Notes under the pieces: generated by a model
What the model was told of the DNA's origin: nothing
The model's database searches: none
Seen by the model: the letters and a program-made list of their open reading frames with translations, nothing else
Program-made: the position numbers and the translations under genes
Part shown: positions 35,913-48,000 of the stretch, piece after piece
Position numbering within the stretch: position 1 is the stretch's first letter
Layout of the letters: the number at the start of each line of letters is the position of its first letter
From: Macrostomum hystrix
Taxonomy: Eukaryota; Animalia; Platyhelminthes
NCBI GenBank assembly: GCA_950097015.1
Contig: CATNEN010000001.1
Span: 17,794,001 to 17,858,000, forward strand
Length of the DNA: 64,000 nucleotides
Direction of reading: 5' to 3'

Positions 35913-38812
35913 ATAAAGGACATAAATCAAGAAAAAGCATTCGATCAAGAACTACATGTAGTAGACGGTACGTATGCATATGAAAAATCGGCAATTAACT
36001 AATTTAAGATGAAAATCAACAAGCGGCATCTGCAATAACAAGCAATTAAAATACATTACTCGTAGTAATGATGTGTGCATTAAAATACAATTTGGATAGA
36101 CGCAAAAAGCTATACATATAATACAGTAGTACGATTTAATAACGGCAATTAACAGCTGCATATAGTGCTACTCAGTTATTTATAGATTTTATATAAGAAA
36201 CTAAAATTTCAATTTCGCGCTAAATTCTACGAAATTCAATGTGTACAGTCTGTAGTGCGCGCACATTCACTGACCAAAAGCTAGCCGCACCTCAGCCGCA
36301 TCGATTTTGAAAGCAGCTTGGGCCAGCAATAAAACCCATCAAATTTTATTAAACTAATCAAAATTTCTCTGGGCCACACATTTCCAATTAAGCCGGACAT
36401 GTATGAAAAAAATTTGAGGTGATTAAACTCAGACCATATGCGGCTGGCATGCGGCTGACATGCGGCTGAGCTCTAGTGCTCTTGGCTTAAAAGGGAATCC
36501 TGGGCCATTTCATTTTCCTAAAACTGCAATAGAAATCTCATCTTTTAAGACAATGAGGCACATTTAATATTCTGTAATAAGCTTTTTACAACTCTTCAAA
36601 GTTTCCAAAAAATGCAACAGCGATCTACTTCGTGGCAGTTCTCACACAAAAGACGAAGGAAATCCTGGGCCAAGTTTTGGGCCAGAAAGCAAAGTCTTAT
36701 AACTAGTGCATAATAAAAAACTGGCTCGATTCAATTTGTTGTTGCAAAGATATTCCGCTTTTAGTTTCCACCTTCCATAGTTTCTAAGCGGTTGTTTACG
36801 TTACGTAAAAGTGCGGTTTTTTAAGCCAGTGTCCTGCACGTGTATTAACAGAAAAGATCTATCGCTTCCTTCAAGCTAGTGAATGCATTATGGAATAAAA
36901 TGTATATTTATTGATTTAGTTAGTCTAAAATTCTGATTCTCAGAAACCATGATGCACTGCAGTAATGACTAGAACTAGTTATCAGAACATAATTCATAAT
37001 ATATGTCAACTATCTAAATATTTAATTGAGTTCATTGACTTTAATTTAGTTCATTGAGTTTGAGTCTAATATTTAATTTTTAAGAAACAGTCTCGTAGTA
37101 ATACCAACGGATAATACTAAAATTAAAGAAAATACTTTTTTGAAAGTTCATTCCTTCTTCTCATCATTGTCAAATTAAACAATTATAAATATAGGCCTAC
37201 TTTAGCTATGAAAATCTGTTTGATTTGCACTATCAATATTTACATATTGCATGCAATTAAGCCCATGCACTTATTTCCCAAGCTTGTACATTACAATACA
37301 AACAAGCTGGTGTGTACAAAAAGTGCATATGTAAATAATAAATGTAGTTACTTTTTATTTAGCCTATGATATGTCATAGCTGACTATTGTGAAACTCAGG
37401 CTTGATCCTTGACATTATTAGGCAAGAAACTTCAAAAGTTGCTAGGCCTAGTCCTAGAAGGTTTTGGGTTGGCTGTCAAGCTAGAACTATTCTATTCTAT
37501 TAATTCTTGTAGAACCAATCAATAAATTGAAGAAAGTTTACTATTTCTACATAGGATTTCTACAAGGATAGGATTTCAACAAGGATTTTAATTTTTGAAT
37601 CAGTCTCATCTATTATGTTTAGCTTCCATTTATGTGCACAAATTACTGACTTTTAATTTTACTGTCAATATTTAGTGCCAATTATATATATTAGGATATA
37701 TAAATTAGGCAAATACTATACCAAATAGTCATATACTAGCTATTTTCAAGTTGTTATATATATTAAACTGTGTTTGATATGTTCATCTTTATTTACTTAA
37801 TAGTCAATTGTATACTCAATCACTCATACCCAAAGGCTTGATTACAAAGAATAACAAACATTCTTAAATTTCTTAACAAGAAACCACTTCTGTGTCCCTT
37901 TGTTTAGTCAGCTAATGACAATTAGCTAAACACATAAAACACATAATTTCGTGTTTTTGTGTTTCTACCTAATAAGCATCCTTGTCATTTGTATGCACAA
38001 TCACAAGTAACTGAATGCTTGACTTGATGCTCTCTTAATAAAAAAGCATCCTCCTGAATCACTTTGTCGTTGAGTTAAGGACAAATTAGCTAAACACATA
38101 AAACACATAATTTCGTGTTTTTGTGTTTCTACCTAATAAGCATCCTTGTCATTTGTATGCTCAATCACAAGTAACTGAATGCTTGACTTGATGCTCTCTT
38201 AATAAAAAATCATCCTCCTGAATCACTTTGTCGTTGAGTTAAGGACAGATTAGCTAAACACATAAAACACATAATTTCGTGTTTTTGTGTTTCTACCTAA
38301 TAAGCATCCTTGTCATTTGTATGCTCAATCACAAGTACCTGAATGCTTGACTTGATGCTCTCTTAATAAAAAATCATCCTCCTGAATCACTTTGTCGTTG
38401 AGTTAAGGACAAATTAGCTAAACACATAAAACACATAATTTAGTGTTTTTGTGTTTCTACCTAGTAAGCATCCTTGTCATTTGTATGCACAATCACAAGT
38501 AACTGAATGCTTGGCTTGATGCTCTCTTAATAAAAAAGCATCCTCCTGAATCACTTTGTCGTTGAGTTAAGGACAAATTAGCTAAACACATAAAACACAT
38601 AATTTAGTGTTTTTGTGTTTCTACCTAATAAGCATCCTTGTCATTTGTATGCACAATCACAAGTAACTGAATGCTTGGCTTGATGCTCTCTTAATAAAAA
38701 AGCATCCTCCTGAATCACTTTGTCGTTGAGTTAAGGACAAATTAGCTAAACACATAAAACACATAATTTCGCGGTTGCGAGGGCCCGCCTCCTTCTTCGC
38801 TCACCTGCTCTT
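35848..38812 (+). repeat. Left arm (~2.97 kb) of a large inverted repeat
   Basis: Near-perfect reverse complement of 41817-43006 plus 51545-53154. Confidence 0.95.
37921..38770. repeat. 164-bp tandem repeat, 5 copies plus partial
   Basis: attagctaaacacataaaac at 37921, 38085, 38249, 38413, 38577 and 38741; 4 copies plus partial, inverted, at 41859-42543. Confidence 0.95.
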
Positions 38813-39539
38813 TGGAGTGCCGGAAACTTCCTTCTCTGTGAGCCAGATGGCTCTATCCGGGCAAATCTATATGAATCCGACGTCGATATGGCTGCTCGAC
38901 TTATTGGAGAGACGATCGCCTATGAACGCCTATCGATTTGCCCAAAAGAAGCATGCCCTGATGGAGTTCGAAGACTCCTTATTGCCTCACCTATCATGGT
39001 GGAGAATTGCGTCCCTCTGCTCCCCGCCGTGCAGTTCCGCCATATCATGATGCAAGTTTCCCATGGTGTCTGCAGGGCCTGTGAAGCTGCCGATCGTGAG
39101 CTCCTTGGTGCCGATTTCGTCATCCAGCCGCCTCCCATCTTAGCCCTCGGCTTCCCAGACGATTTACATCTGACATCGATGGATCTCCCAAGCATCATTC
39201 AGCCAATGCCAGGTCGCGACACTCAGTAAGCTATCTTTTACTTTCCTTCCTTTTCTATCAGTAACATGCAAATAAAAGTGCAAGTGTCTGATTCAGTAGT
39301 CTGCTGGAATGAGAAAGAAAAGCGATAAGGAAAAAAGAGAAATTATTTGATCATATTTCAGGTACCATCTTCTGTGTGTTACATATCTGAACAATGGTCA
39401 CTACGTTGCTCGGATTTTCAAGCAAGATGGCCCGATTCTCTTCGATGACCTAGACCAGACCAGAACAGCGCGGGCATCTGGGAGGCGTCACACCCGGGGT
39501 CCTCTTGGAAGAATGAGCCTCGTTCTGTACTCATTGTAA
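38771..39539 (+). pseudogene. 5'-truncated USP/C19-like cysteine protease fragment (intron 39226-39361)
   Basis: CPKEAC..CRAC, PPILAL, then a spliced YHLLCVTYLNNGHYVARIF...ILFDD...LVLY His-box; the Cys-box is absent. Confidence 0.6.
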
Positions 39540-40878
39540 CTGTGTGAGCTTCTGTCTAGTGGGTGTGGGTGGCAGCTCCTGGCGTCTCGTCGTACGAGGG
39601 TCATCCCAAAAGTGACCGTAACTCGCAACTGTATTTGCTGTAATTTTGTAATACATATTATATTTCTGCGCCTTTCTCACTTTGCTTTTACCATGTGTAC
39701 TTTACTGTTATGTGTAGTCCAAGTAGTGGACAATTAGTCCAGATCTGTCCGTGGTCCAAATTTTGCAGCTTTTATATTTTATTTCTCCTTCTATTGCGAT
39801 TTTGCATTTTAATTATCAGGTTTATCTTTATTATTCATATTCATTGTTTTTAGCTTACTATATTTATCTACTCGAGCGTATTGCAATTTTGCATTTCCAT
39901 GTGTAGTGGCAATAATTGCCTGATTTCATTGATCGGTTGTTGGTCACTCATGCCTTACCGAGAATCATTTATTATTATGAATGCGTCACTTATAGTGCTG
40001 TTTCTGATAAAGTGCGCCATGCTGTTCCTGATAACAGCAGACAGTCTTGTCTAACCATCCTTATTGGCGACGTGCTCAAGTCGTTCTGCGCATAGCGGTT
40101 GCTGCTCAAAACCGTTCCGCCGAATATCAAAAAGCGGTAAAGACGGAATGTAATAGTACAAAAAGTGGAAGTTCTTGCCTGTTTTCGGATTAAGCGAAAT
40201 GGCTGGTTTAGACCATGAATTCTATAAATTTTGTCAAAATCAAAGAAGTTTTTATTCTAATTTTCTAATTCATATTTTTAAGCTCCGCAGCGTTAATGGC
40301 CATGATATACAGGAAATATCAACTCAGATACTTAATGCTTAGAAAACGTCATATATTTACTATAAGAAATATTAGGCCACGCAAGTACAGGAAGTATACA
40401 TAATAGATAAATACCGCTACACAAGCTGCAAAGCATTGCAACACGCTGATAATTGAATTGAACTAAGAAAAATTTAGAAAACTTGCTTTCATGTACATTT
40501 TTAGAAATGCCTAACAGCTTTGAGCAACATAATCAGAGAATAAAAACAGTGTTCAGCCTATCAACATAAAAATGAGAACAGCACACTAAAGCGATTTAGT
40601 AAGCAATTGTACACTGCTACTTAAAAAAATCCACAAGTCACAGCTACACTAGCAGAATTGATACTCGTAAGTACCCTACAGTCTATGTATGTTCATAGAC
40701 TAGTTAGCTCGCCGTATCTATTATACTAAGAAACGAATTGTGTGAGAAAAATTTTAGACCTTAGAGGGACTTAATGGAGTCACAACGAACTATTGTACTG
40801 GGCGAGTAGACTTTCTAGAAGTCAGACAAGCTCCAGAGGCGCAACATCGACAACATGCGGACAATGTCAATATAGTAT

Positions 40879-41656
40879 TTATTTCTTATTCAATCTGCAC
40901 CTCAAGCTTCTTTTCACGCTTCTTTCTTCCGAAAGTCGCTTCCTTGATATGCTCATGGCTGTTGCTATCTTCTCCTCCGCCTGCTTTCGCGCCTCCTCCT
41001 CCGCCTGCTTTCGCGCCTCCTCCTCCGCCTGCTTTCGCGCCTCCTCCTCCGCCTGCTTTCGCGCCTCCTCCTCCGCCTGCTTTCGCGCCTCCTCCTCCGC
41101 CTGCTTTTCCACTGCCTCCTCTAAGTTGATCGGATTTTCAATATCTGCCTGAATTTGATTCTCAACTGCAAGTTTCAGCTTGCCGAGACACGAAAGCGAA
41201 ATTTCAACAGGTAAAGAAAACTTCTCTGTAGCATATGATAATGCAATCTCCAATTGCTCCAATGAGCTTCTGAAATACTTACTGGCAAGTAAATCGCTTT
41301 TGATATTAACTTTGTTAGAGCGCTTCCAATTATGCCCTTCGAGAAAAACGCGACCAGATTCAACAGCTTGAGAGCGTTTTGCCGAATCAAAACGTACGCC
41401 AGAACCTTTCCTTTTGCGAAAGATAGCGATGCTGCCAGTAAATGCCAAAGCGAGACCATCTTTACTGACATACTTTACGTTGGTCCCACGAGCTGTGCGA
41501 AGTGCTGAACTATCGAAATTCAGATTCAGAATGCGTGCTGCATCACGAACATCTTTTGCCTCAACTTGTACACCGACAACAATGTCACAATCTGGGCAGT
41601 CAGGAGGAAGCGGACCCTGCCACTCGAATACGCAGTAGGGATCGTTAATAAACGCC
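40879..41656 (-). CDS. Orphan coding exon with (EEEARKQA)n single-alpha-helix repeat
   Basis: About 260 open codons after a cttttccag acceptor; 24-bp repeat x5-6. Confidence 0.5.
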
Positions 41657-43006
41657 TGGAAAAGGTGGGTATACAACCAATTAGCATATATACAAGTTTC
41701 TTGACAGTTTAATATTTTGCAAGTATTACTAACCGTAGCAACAAGAAACCAAAAAGCAGCACATGCATTGTGATTTCCATAGCTAGCAAAAGGCTACATC
41801 AAACAGGGTAGCGAAGAAGAGCAGGTGAGCGAAGAAGGAGGCGGGCCCTCGCAACCGCGAAATTATGTGTTTTATGTGTTTAGCTAATTTGTCCTAACTC
41901 AACGACAAAGTGATTCAGGAGGATGATTTTTTATTAAGAGAGCATCAAGTCAAGCATTCAGGTACTTGTGATTGAGCATACAAATGACAAGGATGCTTAT
42001 TAGGTAGAAACACAAAAACACGAAATTATGTGTTTTATGTGTTTAGCTAATTTGTCCTTAACTCAACGACAAAGTGATTCAGGAGGATGATTTTTTATTA
42101 AGAGAGCATCAAGTCAAGCATTCAGTTACTTGTGATTGTGCATACAAATGACAAGGATGCTTATTAGGTAGAAACACAAAAACACGAAATTATGTGTTTT
42201 ATGTGTTTAGCTAATTTGTCCTTAACTCAACGACAAAGTGATTCAGGAGGATGCTTTTTTATTAAGAGAGCATCAAGTCAAGCATTCAGTTACTTGTGAT
42301 TGTGCATACAAATGACAAGGATGCTTATTAGGTAGAAACACAAAAACACGAAATTATGTGTTTTATGTGTTTAGCTAATTTGTCCTTAACTCAACGACAA
42401 AGTGATTCAGGAGGATGCTTTTTTATTAAGAGAGCATCAAGTCAAGCATTCAGTTACTTGTGATTGTGCATACAAATGACAAGGATGCTTATTAGGTAGA
42501 AACACAAAAACACGAAATTATGTGTTTTATGTGTTTAGCTAATTGTCATTAGCTGACTAAACAAAGGGACACAGAAGTGGTTTCTTGTTAAGAAATTTAA
42601 GAATGTTTGTTATTCTTTGTAATCAAGCCTTTGGGTATGAGTGATTGAGTATACAATTGACTATTAAGTAAATAAAGATGAACATATCAAACACAGTTTA
42701 ATATATATAACAACTTGAAAATAGCTAGTATATGACTATTTGGTATAGTATTTGCCTAATTTATATATCCTAATATATATAATTGGCACTAAATATTGAC
42801 AGTAAAATTAAAAGTCAGTAATTTGTGCACATAAATGGAAGCTAAACATAATAGATGAGACTGATTCAAAAATTAAAATCCTTGTTGAAATCCTATCCTT
42901 GTAGAAATCCTATGTAGAAATAGTAAACTTTCTTCAATTTATTGATTGGTTCTACAAGAATTAATAGAATAGAATAGTTCTAGCTTGACAGCCAACCCAA
43001 AACCTT

Positions 43007-43719
43007 TGTTGTAGGGCTCTTTTCTAAAATCTCACAGCCGTCACTATTTATCGTAAAGCCCTTCTCTTTATTTTATTCTTTATAAATTACTTATATTTAT
43101 CCACTGCAAAATGCTTATTAAATGTCAACTTTCGTTATGTTTAAAAATCTCCCAATTTATAGGGAAGTATAACACTTTAATATATATTCAATTACTGCGG
43201 TAGCAAATCATAAGTGCCCGAGCGGTAAGACACTTTTACTTTTAACTGTATAGAATTACTCTTTTAATACTTATTAATCACACCCAGTCTTTAAAGGCTC
43301 CAATGGATTGGAGGGTACCAAACAAGCACAACGTATGTATTAGTTAATAACTCTATTGCTCGATTCTGAAGCACCAATAACCAATCAGGTTTCGCTTCCC
43401 AACAATTACTAACATAGAACACAAGTGATTTGAGTAAAAGAACTTATAGGTTTTATCAAACGTTTATTATTTGAACCTCCGACTTGCGGACCGTTGATTT
43501 TTAGACTGAGAAAGCGTTCGTATATATAGAATAAAAAAGAGGTGGGTAGACATAGTAAAACAAAGAATTTTCGGCGTATTAAAACAAAGCAAAATTATAC
43601 GTGAATTTCACAGTTTTCTAAGAATTAGCATGAATACGAAGAACAATATATTCTATTATGAAGCGTAAATACGGTATATTATAAAAGCATAGATAAAAGT
43701 ATAGATATAGCCTATTACA
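43007..43719 (-). repeat. 3' LTR
   Basis: Appears identical to 50828-51540. Confidence 0.95.
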
Positions 43720-43776
43720 ACTGGCTTCCCTAGAGACATTTTTCGAATAAGTAATAGAAATGAGTGAGAAAAATGG

Positions 43777-44802
43777 CTAGAAATTGCACTCTTCAGGGAA
43801 TGGCAAATGACGCGGCCAGCCAACTTGGTTGGCGGCCCATCTTGACTCAATATTTAAAAGAATTTTGTTAAAGTCATATGGGTTACGCGTAATTACATGC
43901 TTGGCGTAGCTTGAAGCCCGTCGCCAAGCTGCGATGAGTACTTCACGGCTGAATCGGGCCTGCACAATCCGGAATGCCGGCCGGACATTCTCGCGCTGCG
44001 GCGTCAGGCGGTCCAGGCGAGCATAGGCAACGTGCAGTAGGTGTTTCTTAATTATCTGGATCTGCCGTTTAAGCACCACCTGCTGCGCCTCGGTCATCTG
44101 CGCCATGATGGCCGGGAAGTTTCCTCCTGGGCCATCGCCTGGGGGCTGGTTGTCCTCGGCTCCGGCCTCCGGCAGCGGCTGATGCTGCGGCTGCGGCGGC
44201 GGCTGTTGCTGCGGCTGCGACTGATGCTGCAGCTGATGCTGCGGCTGATGCTGATTTGGGTGACCTGCTGATTTCGCTCCGGAATGCCGCTGCCTGCTTT
44301 TTCCTGTCTTGGCCGGTGCAGCCGGTTGTTGTTGTTTTGGCTGTATCTCGTGCAATGGCGGCTTAGGCAGTATTGCACGGTGGCCAGTTTTCCGCTTGCG
44401 CCCAGGCTGCGATTTGTCCACCGGCAATACGATAGCTGAACGCGCTCCAGGCGGGTGGCGATTGGCGATTTCCGCCGAGGCAGGCACTTCCGCGCTGCCC
44501 AATGTGCGCACCAACGCCTCTCGTTCCACCGGCACCGGTATTTTTGATGCCGGGTGGTTTCGCTTGCTAGGACCAGGCTCGCTAACTTGCGGTGCGCCCG
44601 GTCGCTTGCATACCACTCTTGGCAATTGCGGAGCTGTGGGCTGCCGAACCGGAATTTCGCATAGTTCTTCTTTGCCTGGCACTTCGGCCTCCATAGTCAC
44701 AATCTCCACAGGGCTATTGCTCGCTGAGCCCTCGGGTGTCAAATCGACTGTAATTGCTTCTAGCATACGGTCAAACTCTTCGGCATCCAGAACGTCCTCC
44801 AT
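43777..44802 (-). CDS. Gypsy extra ORF3 (341 aa, Pro/Gln-rich, helical C-terminus, not env-like)
   Basis: Intact ORF between pol and the 3' LTR, same strand; no signal peptide or TM segment evident. Confidence 0.75.
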   Translation of the reverse strand: MEDVLDAEEFDRMLEAITVDLTPEGSASNSPVEIVTMEAEVPGKEELCEIPVRQPTAPQLPRVVCKRPGAPQVSEPGPSKRNHPASKIPVPVEREALVRTLGSAEVPASAEIANRHPPGARSAIVLPVDKSQPGRKRKTGHRAILPKPPLHEIQPKQQQPAAPAKTGKSRQRHSGAKSAGHPNQHQPQHQLQHQSQPQQQPPPQPQHQPLPEAGAEDNQPPGDGPGGNFPAIMAQMTEAQQVVLKRQIQIIKKHLLHVAYARLDRLTPQRENVRPAFRIVQARFSREVLIAAWRRASSYAKHVITRNPYDFNKILLNIESRWAANQVGWPRHLPFPEECNF

Positions 44803-44875
44803 TATTACTCAATACGAATGATATACCTGGCTCAGAACGAGGTGATATATGCCTCTTTCTCCGCCCAGGAGGTCT

Positions 44876-44995
44876 CCCTTATATAGGCGCGAAAAATGGG
44901 GTAAACCTCCCCTTATTGGCTGCCCTGATTTTACCACGCTGTCCAATGACTTCTCGGCTCCCGAACCCCTACTAAAACAATTCCTATTGGTTAGC
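44876..44995 (-). promoter_or_regulatory. Putative internal promoter for ORF3 (TATATAA plus CCAAT boxes)
   Basis: Minus strand reads cctatataaggg ~75 bp upstream of the ATG, with gccaataa and aaccaatag further upstream. Confidence 0.45.
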
Positions 44996-45058
44996 CGAGA
45001 TTTCCCTTGTTTTGTTCCCTACCCATTGTTCGATTCTTCGCACCTTTTGACTTGGTGT

Positions 45059-48000
45059 TTAATATTGAATATTACTAAGCCACGCAATCGCTGTGGACAG
45101 ACGCTTCAAATAATCCCTAAATCTGGCTGGAGGATTAACACTTCTCCTTGTGTTATATGGGCGCGAAGCAAATTCATCACCTTCGCCATTCTGGCTTTGT
45201 TCTTCCTCTGAGGTGTTAATATCCTCGCTTTCATTCTCGCTCTCGCTTTCACTCCCTTCTTCGGTGTTTTCATTGTCAGACTGATTGTTTATATCGTCTA
45301 TTTCGACTTCAGCTCCAATGTCCAATAAGCTTCCTCTCAATTCATTGTCTTCATTTCTATTGTCGCAATACCACATCAGTCTTTCTTCATCTTCAGACTC
45401 GGAATCTGATGGGTTTGTTTGCTTTTCCTCAGATTGTTTATTCCGATTCCTCGGGTGGCTTCCCTTAATGCTTGATCCTGTCTTTCTAGGATGAGTTTTC
45501 TTATTTGTTATCTTTTCCTTCTCGATCACGGCGCTGGGGTGGCTTCCCTTAACGATTGCCTCCTTGATCGAGTTGGGCACTGTAGTTAAATTATCTCTAT
45601 GCGCTATCATAATATTTCCTACTAGCTCGCCTTCTTCTTCCTTTTGAACTTTGAAAACTACATCAGAGATCTGTTCAAGTACTCTGAATGCAGATCGCTT
45701 TTTCCGATGGAATTTGTGCGACTCCTCGCTATCAAGTTGTGGGTTATTCATTAAAACTAAACTGCCAATCGGCACTTCTTTAGGTAATTTAGTTGTCTTA
45801 GCAATCTCTTCTCTCTGATCGACTACCTTTTCTAATTTCTTCTTAACTATTTCGGCGGCTACTTTCAGTCGTTCAGCATGATCGGCCACATATGATGGAT
45901 AATTGGCATAAGATTTTGGACTCTGTATCTGACTGTCGATCGGCAATACAGCCTCTCTTCCGAACAGTAGATAGTGTGGACTATAACCTGTCGTTTTATT
46001 CACACTTGTGCGTACCGCAACTAGAGCTGCTGGGATCATTAGGTCCCAATCATTATGATCCTTTTCAATAAGACAGGTAATGATGGACTTCACCTGCTTA
46101 TTGAAGCGCTCTACCAGCCCGTTGCTTTGAGCATGGTAAGGAGTAGTACACGTGTGTTTGACATTATAAAGGTCGCAAAAAGCCTTGAATTGCCTACTAG
46201 TGAAGGTTTTGCCATTGTCAGTATGGATCCAATGGCATTGGCCATACTCTGAGAATACCCTCTCCTGTAGCAGTTTAATTACTGTATCTGATTTTTGATT
46301 CCGAACAGGAAATGCACATGGATATTTAGTGGTGCTGTCAACCACAGTTAGCACATATTTGTGCCCTCTCCTGCTCTCCTTAGATACAGGGCCGATTAAA
46401 TCGATGTGTAAGCGATGGAATGGCTCACAAATGGGAAATGATTGCACAGGGGCTTGGATATAATTGCCCTTTTTACTTTCTAGACACGGAATGCACTTAG
46501 CGATCATTCCTTCAATAGCTGTGACCAATCCAGGTCTCCAAAATCGCTTCTTTACTCGCTGAAGTGTTTTGTCCCGTCCCAAGTGTCCTGCTAGTGGGCT
46601 CTCATGCAGATCGCTAAAGACTAGCATGTCCACGGACCGGGGCAAAACAACCTTCAATTCTCCTTCTTCTTTAATCATTAATAATCCTCTTTCAATAAAC
46701 ATTGCCTCAAATGCTTTGCTCATTTGCCTCAGCTCAGAGCTCATGTCATTCGACAATGGGGGTTTGTCTAAGCCTTTGTGCTTCCATTCGATTAAGGTGC
46801 GAATCGCTGGGTCTGCACGCTGGGCTTCTAAAATCTGTTCGCGCTTCAGAGGGGAAGGCAGATAATCTGTCAAAAGCTTGTCACATCTATGCTCTCCTAA
46901 TTCTTGCGTTTCAATCTGCGACTTAGGAAAGAACTCCTCGGCGTCGGGACTCAATTGCATAATGCTAGAGTCAATGGCGAGATCGCCTTGGATTACTTCC
47001 TTCTCTCCTCCTGAGATCAGTGACTCGATCCTGCAAATGGGATCTATTGTCGGGATCTCTCCCTCACAAGGATCAGTCGGCGACTGGGTCAGGCATATAG
47101 CACTGTCCTGGGTCATTGCCTCTTGTCCACTCTCTGCACAAACGCGGCTCTCTGCCTCTTCTGCACTCTCTTCTTCTCTCTTCTTCTCTTCTGCCATTTC
47201 AGCGGGTCTCCTTGACAAACTGTCAGCATTCTGGTGGGAAGTACCTTTCCGGTGCTCAATTTCGAATTGAAATTCATTCAATCTTTCAATCCATCTACCT
47301 AGAATGCCTTGCGCTTCTGTCTGCCTTAATAGCCAAATAATTGCTTTATGATCTGTCCTAGCTAGAAATCGCTTCCCTAATAAATAAAATCTAAAGTGCT
47401 TCATAGAGTCGACTAACGCTAGTAATTCTTTCCTAGTGATTGGGTATCTTTTCTCAGATTCTTTCATTGCCCGACTAAAATATGCAATTGGCCTCTCCAC
47501 GCCATCAGATTGGATTTGGCCCAAGCAGGCGCCAATTCTACCATCGCTGGCATCGGTGTCGAGGACCATTCGCACACTCTCATCGTCAACGAATTCTGGA
47601 TAAGCTAATACTTCGGTAGACATCATCCGAGTTTTTAATGACTCAAATGCTTCGTCGTGCACTGCACTCCATTTTTCTTGGAAGTTTTGGATATTCTTCC
47701 GTGTAAGTTGAAACAATGGGTGGGCGACTTCGGCATAATTTTTCACAAATCGGCTATAGTAATTGCACAGACCTAGGAAACTTCTTAGTTCCTTTACGTC
47801 TTTCGGCTTCGGCCAAGTCTTGATTGCCTCAATCTTAGACTCGTCAGTACGAATTCCTTCAGTGCTAATCACATGACCTAGATATTTTAGTTCTTGGTGA
47901 AATAGATTGCACTTTTTCGGTCTCAGCTTAAGTCCTGCTGTAATCAACCGCTGGAAAACTTCCTTTAAATGTGCCAGATGTTCGGCAAAAGTTTTCGAGT

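Noticed and set aside
36246-36500. Right terminus of the EnSpm transposase element (agccgca repeats, ...aaaaggg)
   Set aside because: No matching inverted terminus was found beyond the transposase; the only partner is the palindrome's other arm.
43777-44802. env gene
   Set aside because: No signal peptide, fusion peptide or transmembrane anchor.
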